Part shown: positions 14,101-28,766 of the stretch, one piece after another
Position numbering within the stretch: the stretch's first letter is position 1
How the letters are laid out: each line of letters starts with the position of its first letter
DNA from: Cycas panzhihuaensis
Lineage: Eukaryota > Plantae > Cycadophyta
Direction: 5' to 3'
Length of the DNA stretch: 64,000 nucleotides
Assembly (NCBI GenBank): GCA_023213395.1
Contig: CM041465.1
Coordinates: forward strand, 76,825,741-76,889,740
Program-made: the position numbers and the translations under genes
The notes under the pieces: model-generated
Database searches by the model: none
Seen by the model: only the letters and a program-made list of their open reading frames with translations
What the model was told of the DNA's origin: nothing

Positions 14101-14898
14101 TATGAACAACAATATATTTGACTAAACTTTTATGACCAAGCATATATGAACACAAGTGAATAAGTGTGAATGTCTTACCTTCTCCAATAGGTATTATGCA
14201 TTTTGGTTGTTATTAGAGGGAGTTTTTATTAGGTGACACCATTTTTCATAATTAAAGGATTAATGATGTTACTTTATGCAATGCTTAAAAGGTTGTATGA
14301 TGATATATTATTTAAATCAGAGTCATATGTTATATATAGTTGAAGTGTTGAGTTATGGTTTATCAATTAGAATTGGTAAGAATAAAGTGTGCTTTTCTAG
14401 AGTTGTTTTCTTAACGTATGGGTATAGATTTTGTTGGCAAAATGGAGCACTTACATTAGATTAACACTCCCAGTGATGGCTACAGAATTCATGGCCTAAA
14501 TTACTATTACTCCTTAACATGGGGATGGTATATTGAAATGACAATAATAAGATGAAGTGTTAACATGGCATTCTATACAACTACTGGGTGTTGTAAGGTT
14601 TGATTTCGAGATGCTTTCAACCATCTAATTACTAAGTGGATGATTTCTTCCAATGGAGGATAAATCCTGTGTTGAGCAATTGTGATCATACTTAGCAAAC
14701 CTTCTTAGCAAAAGTGAGTCTCAGTCATCAAGATGAGGCATTGACAATTTTGTTTTATGCCTAGTTACCAGTAAAAACTTATCTTTACTTTTCATTAATA
14801 GAGGTCTGATAAATAATGTGTAGAAGTATGTCTCATTAAACGTTTGTCTCTACTTTTCATTAATAGGGGTCTAATTAATAATATGTCTATAAATACTT

Positions 14899-16926
14899 AT
14901 ATTCTAAACATAATGGAATCAACTTTAGGCATAATGAGTGTATAGAGCAACTTATAGAGATCGTTACTTTCTATCCTTTATACAATTATAACTTTATTCC
15001 TTTTCATGTCTAAAATAAAGAAGTATCCATTTTTATCAAACATAATCCTCACTTTCTTCTTTCCTAATTGAGATAGAGACAATAGATTCTTTTTTATTCT
15101 AACAAAAAAAAAGAACATTTTTAATTCTTTAAACCTTTCCATCAGTTTTTATAACAATTACTCTAATTCCATGAATGTGAAAAGGATAATTGTTACTTAG
15201 ATTAATTGCTCTATCAAATAGATATGGTTTCAAAGTTTTAAACCACTCTCTTTTTCCTACCAATGATTAGATGCTCTTGAATCAATATACTAGTCATCCA
15301 TTTTGACAAAACTAGCGACAAGGATAACAACAAAAGTTGTTTCTACTTTGTCTTCCACTATGTCTTGTTCTTTGCTACAATGTCCTACAACTTGCTTCCC
15401 TCTTTAAATTTTTGCACATCTTTCAAGACATTGGTATGGAAAATATCCAAACTATTCACAGTGATAACACACATCAAATACTCAACAATCATCGAAAAAA
15501 TGATTTGGTATCCCGTAATCAAAACAAACTCTAAAGTCTCTTAGGGGAATTGACCTTGCTCAACCTCTTCTTTTTTACCGACGACCTCTAGAACCTGTCT
15601 AACTTCTATTTTCTACTAGAGGTGTTTTACTATAGGCTTAGAAATTAAATTGCCCTCATCCTTTATTGCCTAAGTTGAGTTTTGAAAGAAAAGACTCTTT
15701 AATATTAACTTCCTCTTCATATCTTTTATTCCTCTACTCTTGGTTCAACATATGCCTTGTTAAAATCTCAAAGAACATTTTAATAGTTTCACCTCCTTAT
15801 GTAAGCATATTGACCATGTTATCAAATGATTTAGGTAGTTTATTTACTACTAATCGAATAAGTTCTATATTAGCAATCTTGTCTCCTACTGTAATAAGAT
15901 TATTTTTTTACATTATTTACCTTCATAACGAAATCAAAGATTAGATGATTTTCTCATTCAAAGCTTATACAAGTCTTTTCTCAAAGCAATTATTATAGTC
16001 TCATTCCTTTGGCTAAATAAGGAAGTCTCAACTTTCTATATTTTTATAGAATAACCTATACCATCTACATAGGTCAGAAGAGAGTCAGAGATTGAAAACT
16101 TAAGAATGGCTATGGCTATATTATCTCTCTTCCAAGCTTATTAAATCAACAATATCTGAGGATTTCTTTTCTTCTCCGAGAGTAATTACTAAATAGGCTA
16201 TTTTCAAATTTTGAATATAAGCGATAAAAACTTTGAGAATGTTCTTATAGGTCACACGATTGTACACTATATGAATTTATATGTAAATTTACATATGTAT
16301 AAATTAGAATGATAATGGGTGTAAAATTAAGCTCTTGAGAATTCTAAATCTATAATTGCCTTTTAAAGATCTCTTTTGGTTTGATAAAAATCTGAGTTAA
16401 AAACCTAGAGTATGATTAAGATTTTTTGAGAAAAATGCTTGTATTTTTTAAAATATTTAATAAAGAACATCAAAATTACTCTCAACAGATTTGTCTTAGT
16501 AAGAGTAAGATTTTGAGATAGATTTTACCTAGAGTAACTAAGTAGTTTGAAAAAAAATTGTAATAATTTTCTTAAGCCTACACCCACTGAAATTTCGTTA
16601 AAACAACCTCAGAGTAAGAGAATTTTGAGTTGAGCCTTTAGAGAAGGATGACAGCCTCCTCAAAATGATCATGTTAGTAAAATTTTAGCCAAATCTAAGC
16701 ACCTCAAAAAAATCACCCATATAGCCCATACTTTATCTATACAATATCTATACTTTATTCATACATCATACAAATAATGTCATTTCTTACTTGACAACTT
16801 GAAGATTATTAAACTCCTTCATATTCTTTTAGAAACCTTGTAAAACTAATTATTATATTCTTCTCTCTAAAAACCCTAAATAACATCAAATAGAGAACCT
16901 TGCTCTAATACCATATGAAGCTCACA
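14899..16926 (-). mobile_element. C3a: truncated copia unit (13-bp LTR end, PBS, leader, gag, protease); tandem copy 1
   Basis: Aligns with 16929-19044. PBS (plus GCTCTAATACCA) at 16902-16913. Protease *YIDSRASNH near 15270-15300. ~115-bp deletion in the gag N-terminus relative to copy 2. Confidence 0.85.
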
Positions 16927-16928
16927 CA

Positions 16929-19232
16929 TATTCTAAACATAATGAAATCAACTTTAAGCATAATGGGCATAGAGAGCAACTTATAGAGATTGTCACTTTT
17001 TATCCCTTCTACAATTACAACTTTATTCCTTTTCATATCTAAAATAAAATAGTGTTTGTTTTTATCAAACACAGCCCTCAGTTTCTTTTTTCCTAACCAA
17101 GACACAAATAACATATTCTTTTTCATTATAAGAAAACAAAAAAAAAATATTTCTAATTCTTTAAACTTTTTCATCAATTTCTATAGCAATTATTCGAATT
17201 CTTTGAATGTGAAGAGGATCATTGATACTTAGCTTAATTATTCTATCAAAATGATATGATTTCAAAGTTTCAAACCACTCTCTTCTTCCTGCCATTGATT
17301 AGATGCTCTTGAATCAATGTACCAGTTATCTGTTATAATAAAACTAGTGGCAAGGGGAACACCAAAAGTTATTTCTACTTCGTCTTCCATTGTGCCTTAT
17401 TTTTTGCTATAATGTCCTACAACTTACTTCCCTCTTTAAATTTTTGCACATCTTTGAGGACATTCATAGGGAAAATATCCAGACTATTCACAACAATAAC
17501 ACATATCAAATACTCAATAATTACTAAAAGAATGCCTGGTATTCTGTAGTTAAAACAAACTCTAAAGTCTCTTAGGGGAATTGACCTTGTTTGGCCTCTT
17601 CCTTTTGACCAACGACCTCTAAAACCTGTCTAACTTTTATTTTCTACTGGAGATGTTCTACTACATCCTCAAAAAGTAAATTGCCCTCATCCTCTATTAC
17701 CAAGTTGAGTTTTGAAAGAAAAAACTCTTCAATTTTAGCTTCCTCTTCATATCTTTTATTCCTATACTCTTGATTCAACATATGCCTTATTAAAGTATCA
17801 AAGGACATGTTAACAGTTTAACCTCCTCCTATAAGCATATTAACCATGTTATCAAATGATTTAGGTAGTTTATTTACTACCAATCGAACAAGTTCTATAT
17901 CAGTAATCTTGTCTCCTACTATAATAAGATTGTTTTTTACATTATTTACCTTCATAACAAAATCAAAGACTAGAGGATTTTCTCATTCAAAGCTTATACA
18001 AATCTTCTCTCAGATTAATTATTCTAGCCCCATTACTTTGGATGAATAAGAAAGTCTCAACCTTCCATATTTTTGTAGAAGAGCCTATACAATCTACATA
18101 TAAGAAAAGAGTCAGAGATTAAAAGCTTGAGAATGGTTATGGCTACATTATCTATCTCTTCCCAACCTCTTAAATCAACAATATCTGAGGATTTCTTTTC
18201 TTCTCTGATTACTATTTTCCATACATTTTTTTTCTCTTAAGAGTCCTTCCATTTTAATTTTCCATGTACTAAAATTTATTTCTATAAGTTGATCAACTTC
18301 TTCAAGAGCAATTACTGAAGAGGCCATTTTCAAATTTTATAAATCTGAACAATAAAAACTTTGAGAATGTTTTTATAGGTCATACAATTGTGCATTGTAT
18401 GAATTTATATGTATAGATTAGAATAATAAAGGGGGACAAATTAAGCTCTCAAGGAGTAGATTCCAAATCTATAATTTTTTTTTTCTAAGATCTCTTCCAG
18501 TTTGATTAGAATCTAAGCTGAAAACCTAGACTACGACTAGAGTTTTCTGAGAAAAATACTTGTATCTTTTAAAATATTTAACAAAGAACTTCAAAATTGG
18601 TCTCAACAAATTTATCTTAATAACAATAAGATTTTGAGATAGATTTTACTTACAGTGACTAAGAAATTTGAAAAAAAATTATAATAATTTTCTTAAGCGT
18701 ACGCCCACTGAAATAGTCAAAACGACCTCAAAATAAGTGAATTTTGAGTTGAGCCTTTAGAGAAAGATGACAACCTTCTCAAAATGATGCAAGCACTCCT
18801 CTAATCACTTTATAAAATTTGTTTATACAAACCACACTTTATCTATACAATGTTTATACTTTATTCATAAGTTATACAAATAATGCCTTTTCTTGTTTGA
18901 CAACCTAAAGATTATTAATCTCCTTTATATTCTTTCAAAAACCCTACAAACTAATTATCAGACTCTTCTATTTAAAAACCCTTTACAACTGGACTCATCT
19001 TAATCAAACTAAGAACTTTACTCTAATACCATGTGAAGCTCACAATGAATGTTCATATAATTAATGACAGATATCCCTTTATAAATATAATATGAGTTAC
19101 ATGAGCCTTAGCCAGGGCTGGATGCATGTGAACCACTTATCATAGGCTGAGTAAAGAGGGAATGACACATCACCTTCATGAAGAAATATTAGTATAATAC
19201 AATAAAGCTTAGAGAAAATATTATTCTTAACA
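16929..19232 (-). mobile_element. C3b: truncated copia unit (LTR 19032-19232, PBS, leader, gag, protease); tandem copy 2
   Basis: Probable LTR, minus TGTTAAGAATAA..GCTTCACA. PBS at 19020-19031. gag ATG at 18327 (MASSVIALEEVDQLIEINFSTWKIKMEGLL). Protease WYIDSRASN near 17300-17325. Confidence 0.85.
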
Positions 19233-20287
19233 ATTGCATTCGAATAGATTAGTGTACTTGAAACAATGAAGTCATGTTCAAAGGCTTTCAAGGGATTTGA
19301 AAATATTTGATATAATTTTCTCTAAAATAAAAAAGGGTAAGTATAATTTCTGGGTGGATTTGGCAAATTAAATTCCCCTTCTTGTGGCATCTTATGCTAA
19401 AAGGTCAACCCCACTTTATGAAAATTTTACATATATGAAAAAGAAAAAAAAAAAAAAAAAAAGTCAGCCTAAATAAAAAAAGTAAAAAGTTAGTAAACAT
19501 TTTGGAGAAATGCTACATATGCCTTAATACATTTTAATACTTTAATAGTATAATACTATATGACATTAAGGCATGACACCTATATGTGTGTGTGTGATGA
19601 TCTTAGTGCCAAGTGTCTAAATGCATTATAAATAATATACATTATAACTAATAATAAATGTGGTTAAATTACTCAAGAAGAAAATAAAACTAGAGCATAT
19701 GACATGAGTGAATTCTTAAGAAAAAGTCTCAAGTCTTGACCCTTTTGTATCTAATATCCCTTTTATAAGTCTATTTAATTATTAGTGTGGTTTATAGAAT
19801 AATAATTGACACCCAAACCTGTATATTTTTAATCCTTCTAAAATGTGATTTAAAAATGGATTTTGCTCTAATTATTTACTAATTGCCTTAATCAAAGGTA
19901 GTTGTAAGCCAAAGATGTTTAAATTATAAGAGATAACTAATTCCTAATATAAATTAGAGAGGTGGTGAGTCATTCTGACTAATTAGCATTTGAGATTTAG
20001 GCATCTAAACATAAGTATGAAAACCTTTCATTAATCAATCCATTGAATGTAATGTTGACTCTGTAATTATGAATCTATGATTATGGCTCTTGTGATATTT
20101 ATGGGAGTTTGGTTCTCTAATTTTACATGCTTATACTAGATTTGTGATAAATTCTACTATGCTTATATCTGACATTGATTACCAAGATGGTTTTCTATTG
20201 TGTTGTAAAGATGTCCAACTCCTGTAAAATGCTAGAGGGCCTTAGTGAGATGTTGAAGGAGTTGAGTATGAGATGGCATATAGTTTA

Positions 20288-23200
20288 TATAGGTATCACA
20301 AGGCAACAAAGAATGAAAGTAAGAAGAGACAAAATATCTAAATGTGTGGGTGGTGTTGATCAACACCAGAGTCTTCAGACCTCATAGTAATATAGACGAG
20401 AGTTGGGAACATGCCTCAAGTCTACTATTGCCCAGTGTTAACAAATGTCGAATAACCTGACAACTAAATATTTGATACTTACTCCAATGTGGGTATTATC
20501 CTAATCTCTCCTAAAATGCTTATTTGAGGAGAATCCAAACTTATCTTTGAATTTGTTGAATTTTATTTTATTGAGTGCCTTTGTGAAGATGTCTACCACC
20601 TGATCCCCTATGCTATAGAAAACCAACTCTAACTCTCGTTGTTGTACTAGATCTTAGATGAAATGATGTACTTATATAAACCCTGTCTTCTTTGCCATTT
20701 ATCTCAAAACCTTAAAATTGTTAAGAGATATATTTTTTCATTAAAATATCTATTCAAGAAGGCACTCTTCACATCCATTTGATGGACTATTCAACCATGT
20801 TATGCACTTAAACCCATGATGAATCTAACTATTGTTAATATGACTACAAATAAAAAGATTTCATTATGGTTAATGCCTTTAACTTAAGCATAGCTTTTTG
20901 TAACTAGTTAGGCCTTATACTTATTAATCAAACCATTTAGCTTGTACTTAATCTTGTAGACCAATTTTGTTTTAATGGCTTTTTTTTGGTGTGATAAATC
21001 AACTAACTTCTATTTATCATTATTTACTAAGGCATTCTACTCCTATTTCGTTACAGTCTTCCATTCATCTTAACTATTTACCTCTTCAAAATTTTAAGGC
21101 TTACTATCATTCTTTCAAAAATTGTGTCTAAGATAGCTTGAGGGGTATGACCCCTTTGCACCTATTTTGAAACTTTTTGACTTGAATGGATGGCCTTACC
21201 CCACTTGTATTAATTGACATAGGTACATTTATATCATTTGAATTAAGTTCTACATCAACCATTATATTTTTACCTTTATCTTTTTTATCATCTTAATAAA
21301 ATCTATCTTTATTAAAGATGACATCCCTGTTCATGATGATTTTTTAATCCTTAGGGTCATATAATTTATAAGATCTTTATGTATTATTATATTCTATAAA
21401 TATATACTTAGTATTTTTTCCGTTTAACTTAGTTCTTTTTTATTTTAGAATATCTGCATATGTTATGCACCTAAATACTCTTAAGTGTTTGATGTTAGAC
21501 TTGTGCCTTGTTTAAGCGTATTTAGGTGTGACCCATTTAACTACTTTTATTGTAAATTTATTTAATAAGTAAATAGTTATATGAATATATTCTGCCTAAA
21601 ACTCATTGGCAAGATGCTTATCCTTAAGTATACTCATTTCCATCTCAACAATTATCCTATGTTTCCTTTCTACAATCCTATTGTCCTTGTCCAACTAATA
21701 ACAAATTCTTTATCTAACTAATAACATGTTTTTTTTTAGTGTAAGGACATGAAATACATCATTGATGTACTTAGTCTCTCTAAAATATGTTTGGATAGAT
21801 ACATTCTCTTTATTTGTTGTCACTTCGAGAGTAGTACTATATTCAAGTATGATTTTGTTTGTTTGATAATTGTCTAACTCCTTAAACCATTCATTCCTAT
21901 AAGTCATATGGATGAAGTAACTTAAGTTACTGTACCAATTATTCTCTTCTTCATTAGCCATTAAACTTGATAGAAAAGTCTTTCATTTTCCTTTGGTTCT
22001 TCAATTGTTATATTCGCCATTCTCTTTTGCATATTGGACCTTTTTTAAAAGTAATTGCTTTTTAAGTGTCTATTTCCATGGTAATAAGAACATTGTATTG
22101 TTCCTCTTCATCTTTCTCTAAGATTTCTACCTTTTTGTCCTTGATTTTTTTCCTTCGAACTTGGTCCTCTACATCTATAGTTTTAGGATCCATAATGTTG
22201 ATTTTGGTTTATAAAACTTTGTTTTTGTCCTTGATTAAACTAACATTGATTTTCATAAGTTTGGCATTAATAAGATTATCCTTGTCCTTGATAAAATTAT
22301 CCTTCATAAAATTGCCCTTAGTTCCTATAATTTTAACCCCAATCTCTAGGAGATTTACCTCCTTCCCTTAGAACTTTAGCCTTCATAAAATGGCCTAAAC
22401 TTTACCTTAGTGGCAAATGCATGCTCTAAGGATGCCATAATTTTCCTTTTTTTCAACAATTAATAATATAGCACTAAGTTGATCAATTTTATGTGTAATA
22501 AAGTCCTTAGAAATTTTAATGTTTATGGTTACCATTTCAAATTTCTTGAGCTAAAAAGAACAAAAGAATATCGTTGTGTAAAATCTTGATTAAAAATGCT
22601 AAAGATATTTTACTTGGATGTCTACATCGGAATTCAAAAATGCTATAACAACATTGAGCTAAAAAAATAAAAAATCACATTTTGAAGAAAAGCAGGATTG
22701 AACTAAGAAATAAACGAAAACACTCTAGTGAAAATCCCTATTGTGTGACTATAAAGATTTTTCAAATTCACCAACATTCCTTAAAATCTTTTTTACTATT
22801 TATTATTCATTAAAATTTTCTCATAAATGCCTCATTTAATTAATTAAGTCTTAAATCTTAGTTATGAAATCATTAATCCCCTCACTGTTATTCATTTGAC
22901 AATTTTCAAATCTTGTAGTTTTGTTGTAACAACTCCTTCGTAGGAAATTTTCAATGCATCCTATATCTTGATGTAGTTGCCTCACTTACTCTTGAAAAAA
23001 TGTAGTCCTCCAAAACACATAAAATAAATGCCAAAGCCTCATTATCATTCTTTTTGTACTCCTTGAAAGTATTCTTTTCATCTTAGTAACATTAAGATCA
23101 AGTGAACTATAACTATTTACAATTAAATCCCACATATCTTCTGATACAAAGATTACCTTCATTATTCAAACCCAATTTAAAAAACCAACGCCATCAAACT

Positions 23201-25425
23201 TAGGCACCATTATATTGTTCATACTAAATGACATGATAAAAGTACAATGCTTTAAAGAAAATAAGACTACTTGAAAGTAGAGTGCTTGATGAAGGAACAA
23301 GAGTGCTTGAAAAATAGAGCAGACGATACTAAAAACAAAGGGAAAAGAAATTTAAACATAAATCAAATTATCCCCCCCTTAAATCCCCAATATGCATAAA
23401 TGTCCCAATTAAGACTCAACCACCTTTAGAATAAAGTTTTTGTATTAATTTGAGCTTACAAAGTGATGCTTGTGTAAAGTTTTGTGATGGGGTCAACTTG
23501 TAAGGAGTATACAAAACTTGTATCAATCTAAACATTGAAAATATCCATCAAATATGCTCAAATAACTACTCACATTATAGAGAATTGAATTACAAATCCA
23601 ATGTTTCAAACATACCTAAATCTAACACTTCATGATAAAGTTGTGGTCTAAATAATATAAGGTGGTTTAAATTGCCTTTAATACATAACCTACTTTAAAA
23701 AAATTTCTGTAACTTTAAACCATTAATTACACCCTAAAATGCAAGTCCAATATGTGAGTGCAGCCACTTATTTCGATTGGGAGAAAATGAAGAACACCAT
23801 AAAATTGATGGCATAAAAAAAATTGTTTCAAATGTGCAAGTTATACCTCTTTGAATGGTTAACATTGCAAAAAAAAAAAACCCAACCTTTTTAAATGTAT
23901 TAAAAAAACTTTTTGCAAAAAACTAATGAGAAAGCAAACTATCTTGAATTGTATAGACATCACTTGGCGTAAAATGCTTGATGTGACTGAGAGGGGAGAG
24001 GTGCACCCATTTATTAATCTTACAATAATTTATCACATTCAAATCAAATCACCTTATAAGTGCATTTATGCCCAGTACTTTCCACTTCAGACATAGATGG
24101 TATGCTCCACACAAGTCATAGAGTAGGCGATGAATAGTTGCTATAAATCAGAGACAGAATAAGTCACTTGGGGGCTACTAGATCGTGCACTTCACCAACT
24201 TGAATATTGGAGAATAGATAACGTCAAATCCCACCAACAATGAGACACTAAACACACCTATAAACAAAATGACCTATGAACAAAACAAAATTGTGAGGTG
24301 AGGCAAGTGTGCTAGCCATGTGAAAGGGTCACCCAACAACCTCAAGCTGCCATACTACAATGGCATTGATCAATGCGATAACACACCTTACAAATCTAGA
24401 TGGGTCAATGCAAAACAAGATGTATGGCTATGGTTTGGTATGCTCCTAGGTTGCAACTATTGGGAAAAGACATAAATATTCCTATCGATGTCAATATGGA
24501 CATGGAATAATAAAATATCATCTATATAATGTAGAACAAACTTTGAAATCATCGGGCAAACTAGTGTGATCTAGGATAAGCTCGATTAGATGCTTCAACA
24601 AGAAGAGGAGTCATCTCGACACGAGGGGTTATCAAATCTTAATCCTTTGTGTTGCACAAATATGTTGCTATTGGACGTAAAATGTATGAGAGACACAACA
24701 CAATAAAGTACAAAGACTCTAAATAAACATTTAATCAAACACGACGTGATGTACAACATAGTACACAGACTATAAACATGCAATTAATCAAGCAGGCTAT
24801 GATGCAATATGTGTGTGCAGCAAGGGTGCAGGTAATCAGTACGCATAAGTGACAAATCCAATGAAAACAAATATGTAGAAACTGTCATAGATGCTAAGCG
24901 CATAAATGTAATCATTGAATACAAACACAATGGATGAACTAGATGATTAGATCTTAATACAGATGAGATAGCTCCAAACAAAATGAATAGACCAAATGAA
25001 CAACTAACAGACTCTAAAATGGGTCAACTTGCACCTTATGACTATCAATCTCTACAAAGATGCCCTAAACAAGAAGAGACCAAATTTTAAACAGAAGTAG
25101 ATTCACTTGGCACAATGATCACCAGACCTAGATCAAACAAAGATGCAACAAACCACATTACACTTCCTCTAAATAAGCAAATGAGATATTTTAAACAAGC
25201 TCTGACATCAAATGCAAATATCCCAAAGCAATGAAGGACAAAAGCAAAAAGAGACAAATTATATGACTGTGTGAATGGTGTTGATGAATACCAAGGTCTT
25301 CAAACCTCACAGTAATGTAAGCGAGACTTGGGCACATGCCTTAAGTCTACCACCCCCTAGCATTATTAAACGTTAAATAACTTAACAACCAAATATTTGG
25401 GATTTGCCCTAGTGTGGACTCAACA
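20288..25425 (-). mobile_element. Old, internally deleted Ty1/copia element C4
   Basis: Diverged ~213-bp LTRs at 20288-~20500 and 25213-25425. PBS-like TGATGTCAGAGC at ~25199-25210 (minus). PPT near 20503-20514. TSD GTTTA/ATTTA (4/5). gag start near 23234 (MSFSMNNIMVPKFDG). RT KYKA.LV.K and RNase H DQVVDIFTK present; the integrase core and the RT C-terminus/RNase H N-terminus are deleted. Confidence 0.8.
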
Positions 25426-26128
25426 ATTTATATGTAGATGCACTCCTAACATAATGGCATGCCATGCGTAGTGTGATGTCACAATTTGAACCACATATAT
25501 TTTCCATGGTAGAAAGGCTAAAGTGATCATTTGAACATCAAGGCCACTGTACTTGAGCCATTAAATTATTTATATTGTACGTATAATATTCACTTTGAAT
25601 CATAGTGTAACCACTATCACATACATGCTATTATAATGACCATTGAGGTGATATATTTCTACTGTGATGACTCGAGAATGAGATGAAAACTTAGAACGCA
25701 TATACTAATACTTCAATGAGAGTTTCCAACTAACATAGTGGCAACTCTTTAAGTAGCAATCTAGCTTTCCCCCTAATAGATAAGTTATCCAATTTTGTTC
25801 ATACAAATGTTTGTACAAAATCATGTGATACTTATTTAAATGATATGTAGTTATTTTCTTATGAGTTGTTCCATGCATTAGCGATGATGCTAAGTGATGC
25901 ACATATTATTGTATTAGAAGTTACTTTTTGCATGTTGACATTGCATAATTGCATACACAATCATCCAATCGTAGCCTGCTAGCCTAGTGTGTTGGTCACC
26001 CATCTTATGGTTCACTGCATGCATTATTTGAGCTTAGGCAATCTTGGATAGACTATAACAACTGGTATAGGGGTTGTTACTTCCCACTTTGGAAACTTGT
26101 GTGCCATTAATACTAAGGTGCCCTATAT

Positions 26129-26372
26129 CAAGGTTGTTGGGTTCAAGAGTTCTTAAAATTGGGAACTCGAAGAATCTAATTTCCTTTTTCAAAACTAAGG
26201 TGCAAGGATTTGTACTTAATACATTGCTTCAAAATGGGTTGAAGTGAAGACATCTTAAAGTGCAATTTTATTTACATGTTTTCACTCTTTCTATTGATTA
26301 TTTTGAATGTTTTTTTTTTTAATAAAAAATCATTTATGCCTTGGGCTTTTAGATTTTGAATATTTTAATTAC

Positions 26373-26431
<59 letters not shown>

Positions 26432-26573
26432 AATAATGTAATGTATGAATTTGTAAGTAAGTTCAATTGAATTTTTATAGAATTTACTTGAAATTTAGTT
26501 AGGCAAACATTAGGCCAAACAAAGGCTAACACAAACAAAAACCAAAGAATTCAATTCAAACCCAACAACTATG
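26129..26573. mobile_element. hAT-like MITE containing a (TA)n microsatellite
   Basis: Terminal inverted repeats CAAGGTTGTTGGGTT and AACCCAACAACTATG (13/15), with CA..TG ends. Imperfect TSD CCCTATAT/CCTATTAT. Non-coding, AT-rich interior. Confidence 0.65.
26379..26431. repeat. (AT)n microsatellite followed by poly-T
   Basis: Directly visible. Confidence 0.95.
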
Positions 26574-27741
26574 CCTATTATCATATCATACAAAACCATT
26601 TAAGGAACTAGTGTAACACTAGTTATAAAGCTTTGAATACATTTATAAATTACTCCTCCACATGAACAAGGAAAAAAGAGAAAACCTAGGTTGGGCCACT
26701 TATACAATAATGAGATACAATATGTGAATAGTATAGAAAGGCGTGAACATGAATAAGCACTAGTTCCAATATTTGTAGTAGCAATCACACGTGATCTCCT
26801 ATGTTTTTATCTTGTGTTAAGGCGAAGCTTCTCTTCATATAGACATCCTTGCATTATAAAACAAGCATGACATTTAAAATTTATGCAAGGTACCCAAAAT
26901 GATTGGGAACGAACAAAATGTGATAAGACAATCCGCTCCAACAAAGACTGACGAAGCTGGCGATCTTCAAATACAAACCAAAAGGGGAGCTACCAAAGTC
27001 TCTTTTGTTTCACTTACAATCAGGTCATCAACAGAAATAGGTTAAGCAACACAATGGCACTCTATAAACTTGACAGATCACTATACGTATTGTTTTGTAA
27101 GAATGTATACAAGATTGAAAATAACACAGACCGAGAAAACAATCTGTGGCATAGCGACTGATCACAACTTATACATGATATTCTTGATTTTTCCAAAACG
27201 CATTAAAGGGATTAAAATTATGAGAAGGTAGGCCAAGCCAACAAGATAATTGGGGTCCGCGAACAACGTATGGAAATGATGTGATCCAGATCCCACAAGG
27301 ACTGAATCAATGATCAAGGGTGTACCGAAAAAGAAAATTGCTGTACTGACTAGACTGAACTGCTACTTTCTTGCCATAATGGACATCAGGATTTTCAGAA
27401 ACTGATGCTACTATAAATGTTCAGTAAAGCTTGGATCAACATGGCACTGATCCTGAGAGAACTTCAAATTCTGTTTGCATAATTTCCTCCAGCCAACCAG
27501 GAGTTGACATGAATTCTCTGCCTGTAACAAGACTGTCATGCCTTGTTCATATGGAATGGAATGCCAATCCAAATAAAATCCCTCAGTGGTATCCTTGTCA
27601 GCCGTCGAATTAGTTTACAACTATTTTCCGTTACATTCAAATACCGTCGTACCATTTTAGTATGTTCAATAGAGTCCAAAACCCCAGTCATGGGATGCAC
27701 AAATATCATGCCAGCTGGATGACACGGTGAATGAAAAATTA

Positions 27742-27824
27742 TTAAAATTCTTTACAAAGATCCAGAAAACCCATGTACTCGTGTTCTCTGATCATGGAAA
27801 TACTTCTTTCAATTCCAAGAGCCC
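27742..27824 (-). CDS. Sulfite exporter TauE/SafE family protein, terminal coding exon
   Basis: TTCCAG acceptor; encodes (G)ALGIERSISMIREHEYMGFLDLCKEF*, the typical plant TauE C-terminus (xxMGFxxxC). Phase matches the upstream exon. Confidence 0.9.
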
Positions 27825-28013
27825 CTGGAAACAAGAAGACCACAGAATTCTATGCTAAATTAGAATGCCAAATATTCACTGTATAACTGCAATGCAATAC
27901 CATGCTGATTTTTAATTTCAAATTGAATGAATTCTGTGTGACATTTCTCCTCGTACACTATTCTGTTTTCAAATGGGATAAAAAGGTGAGTTCTAAAAGA
28001 TAAAGATACCCAC

Positions 28014-28154
28014 CCATAATCAATGCACTAACAAAAATAGTCCCAGAAAGAATGAAAACAATGATTGAAGATCTGCCAAGTAGTGTTATAAGCTTCCGAA
28101 GAAAATATTGACCCAAAAAACCAGCCAACATGGCAACAGCTGTGAGATACAAGG
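28014..28154 (-). CDS. Sulfite exporter TauE/SafE family protein, internal exon
   Basis: TTTTCAG acceptor, GTGGGT donor, 141 bp, phase 1-1; (A)[46 protein letters not shown](G). Confidence 0.92.
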
Positions 28155-28282
28155 CTGAAAAAGCATCAACGGCGCATGATTAGTCAGGCAGCAATCACAG
28201 CTTATCCGTGTAATCTACAAGGCTTTTGAGAAGAACATAATGAAATGATCATCTATACAGAAATTCAAAATGGGACACGTAC

Positions 28283-28376
28283 CATAGAGAAGAGGAAATC
28301 TACCCAAAAAATAGAATTCCAACACCGAAAGTGAAGAAGAAAACATCATCACAAATGTTGCAGTGGCACTTGCAAC
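28283..28376 (-). CDS. Sulfite exporter TauE/SafE family protein, internal exon
   Basis: GCAG acceptor, GTACGT donor, 94 bp; [31 protein letters not shown], a conserved plant TauE segment. Confidence 0.93.
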
Positions 28377-28766
28377 CTGCATGTCATTATGACTTAATTC
28401 AGACATTGTACTTCTGTAAATTGATGGTACGTGTAATAATGGCTCTTTCACACAATGGGGCCATCAATTTGTGTAAGTAGATCCAATTCATTACACATCT
28501 GGAGCAACGTGGTGGGTGCTCTCAACTACATTCTGAGGTATTTCAAGAAGCTGTGCAATTTAACTAAAATCAATCAACTATGCTTCTAACAGAACCCTAA
28601 CAGAAATCAGTGGGAAGCTGTGATGTAAATTCAGTAATTTAATGACTACGCTTACAGTGATTTGGCAGTCAGTCCATAGCATCCCAAGAGAAGTAATTTG
28701 CAATTGCCTGCAAGATGCTAGTTGCAATGCACTACCACGAAGTGGAATCAGAGTACTCAAACTCAC

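Noticed and set aside
14100-14890. Coding-like remnant and 65-bp duplication at 14782-14890
   Set aside because: Could not be assigned to any family; it does not match the C3 LTR beyond ~11 nt.
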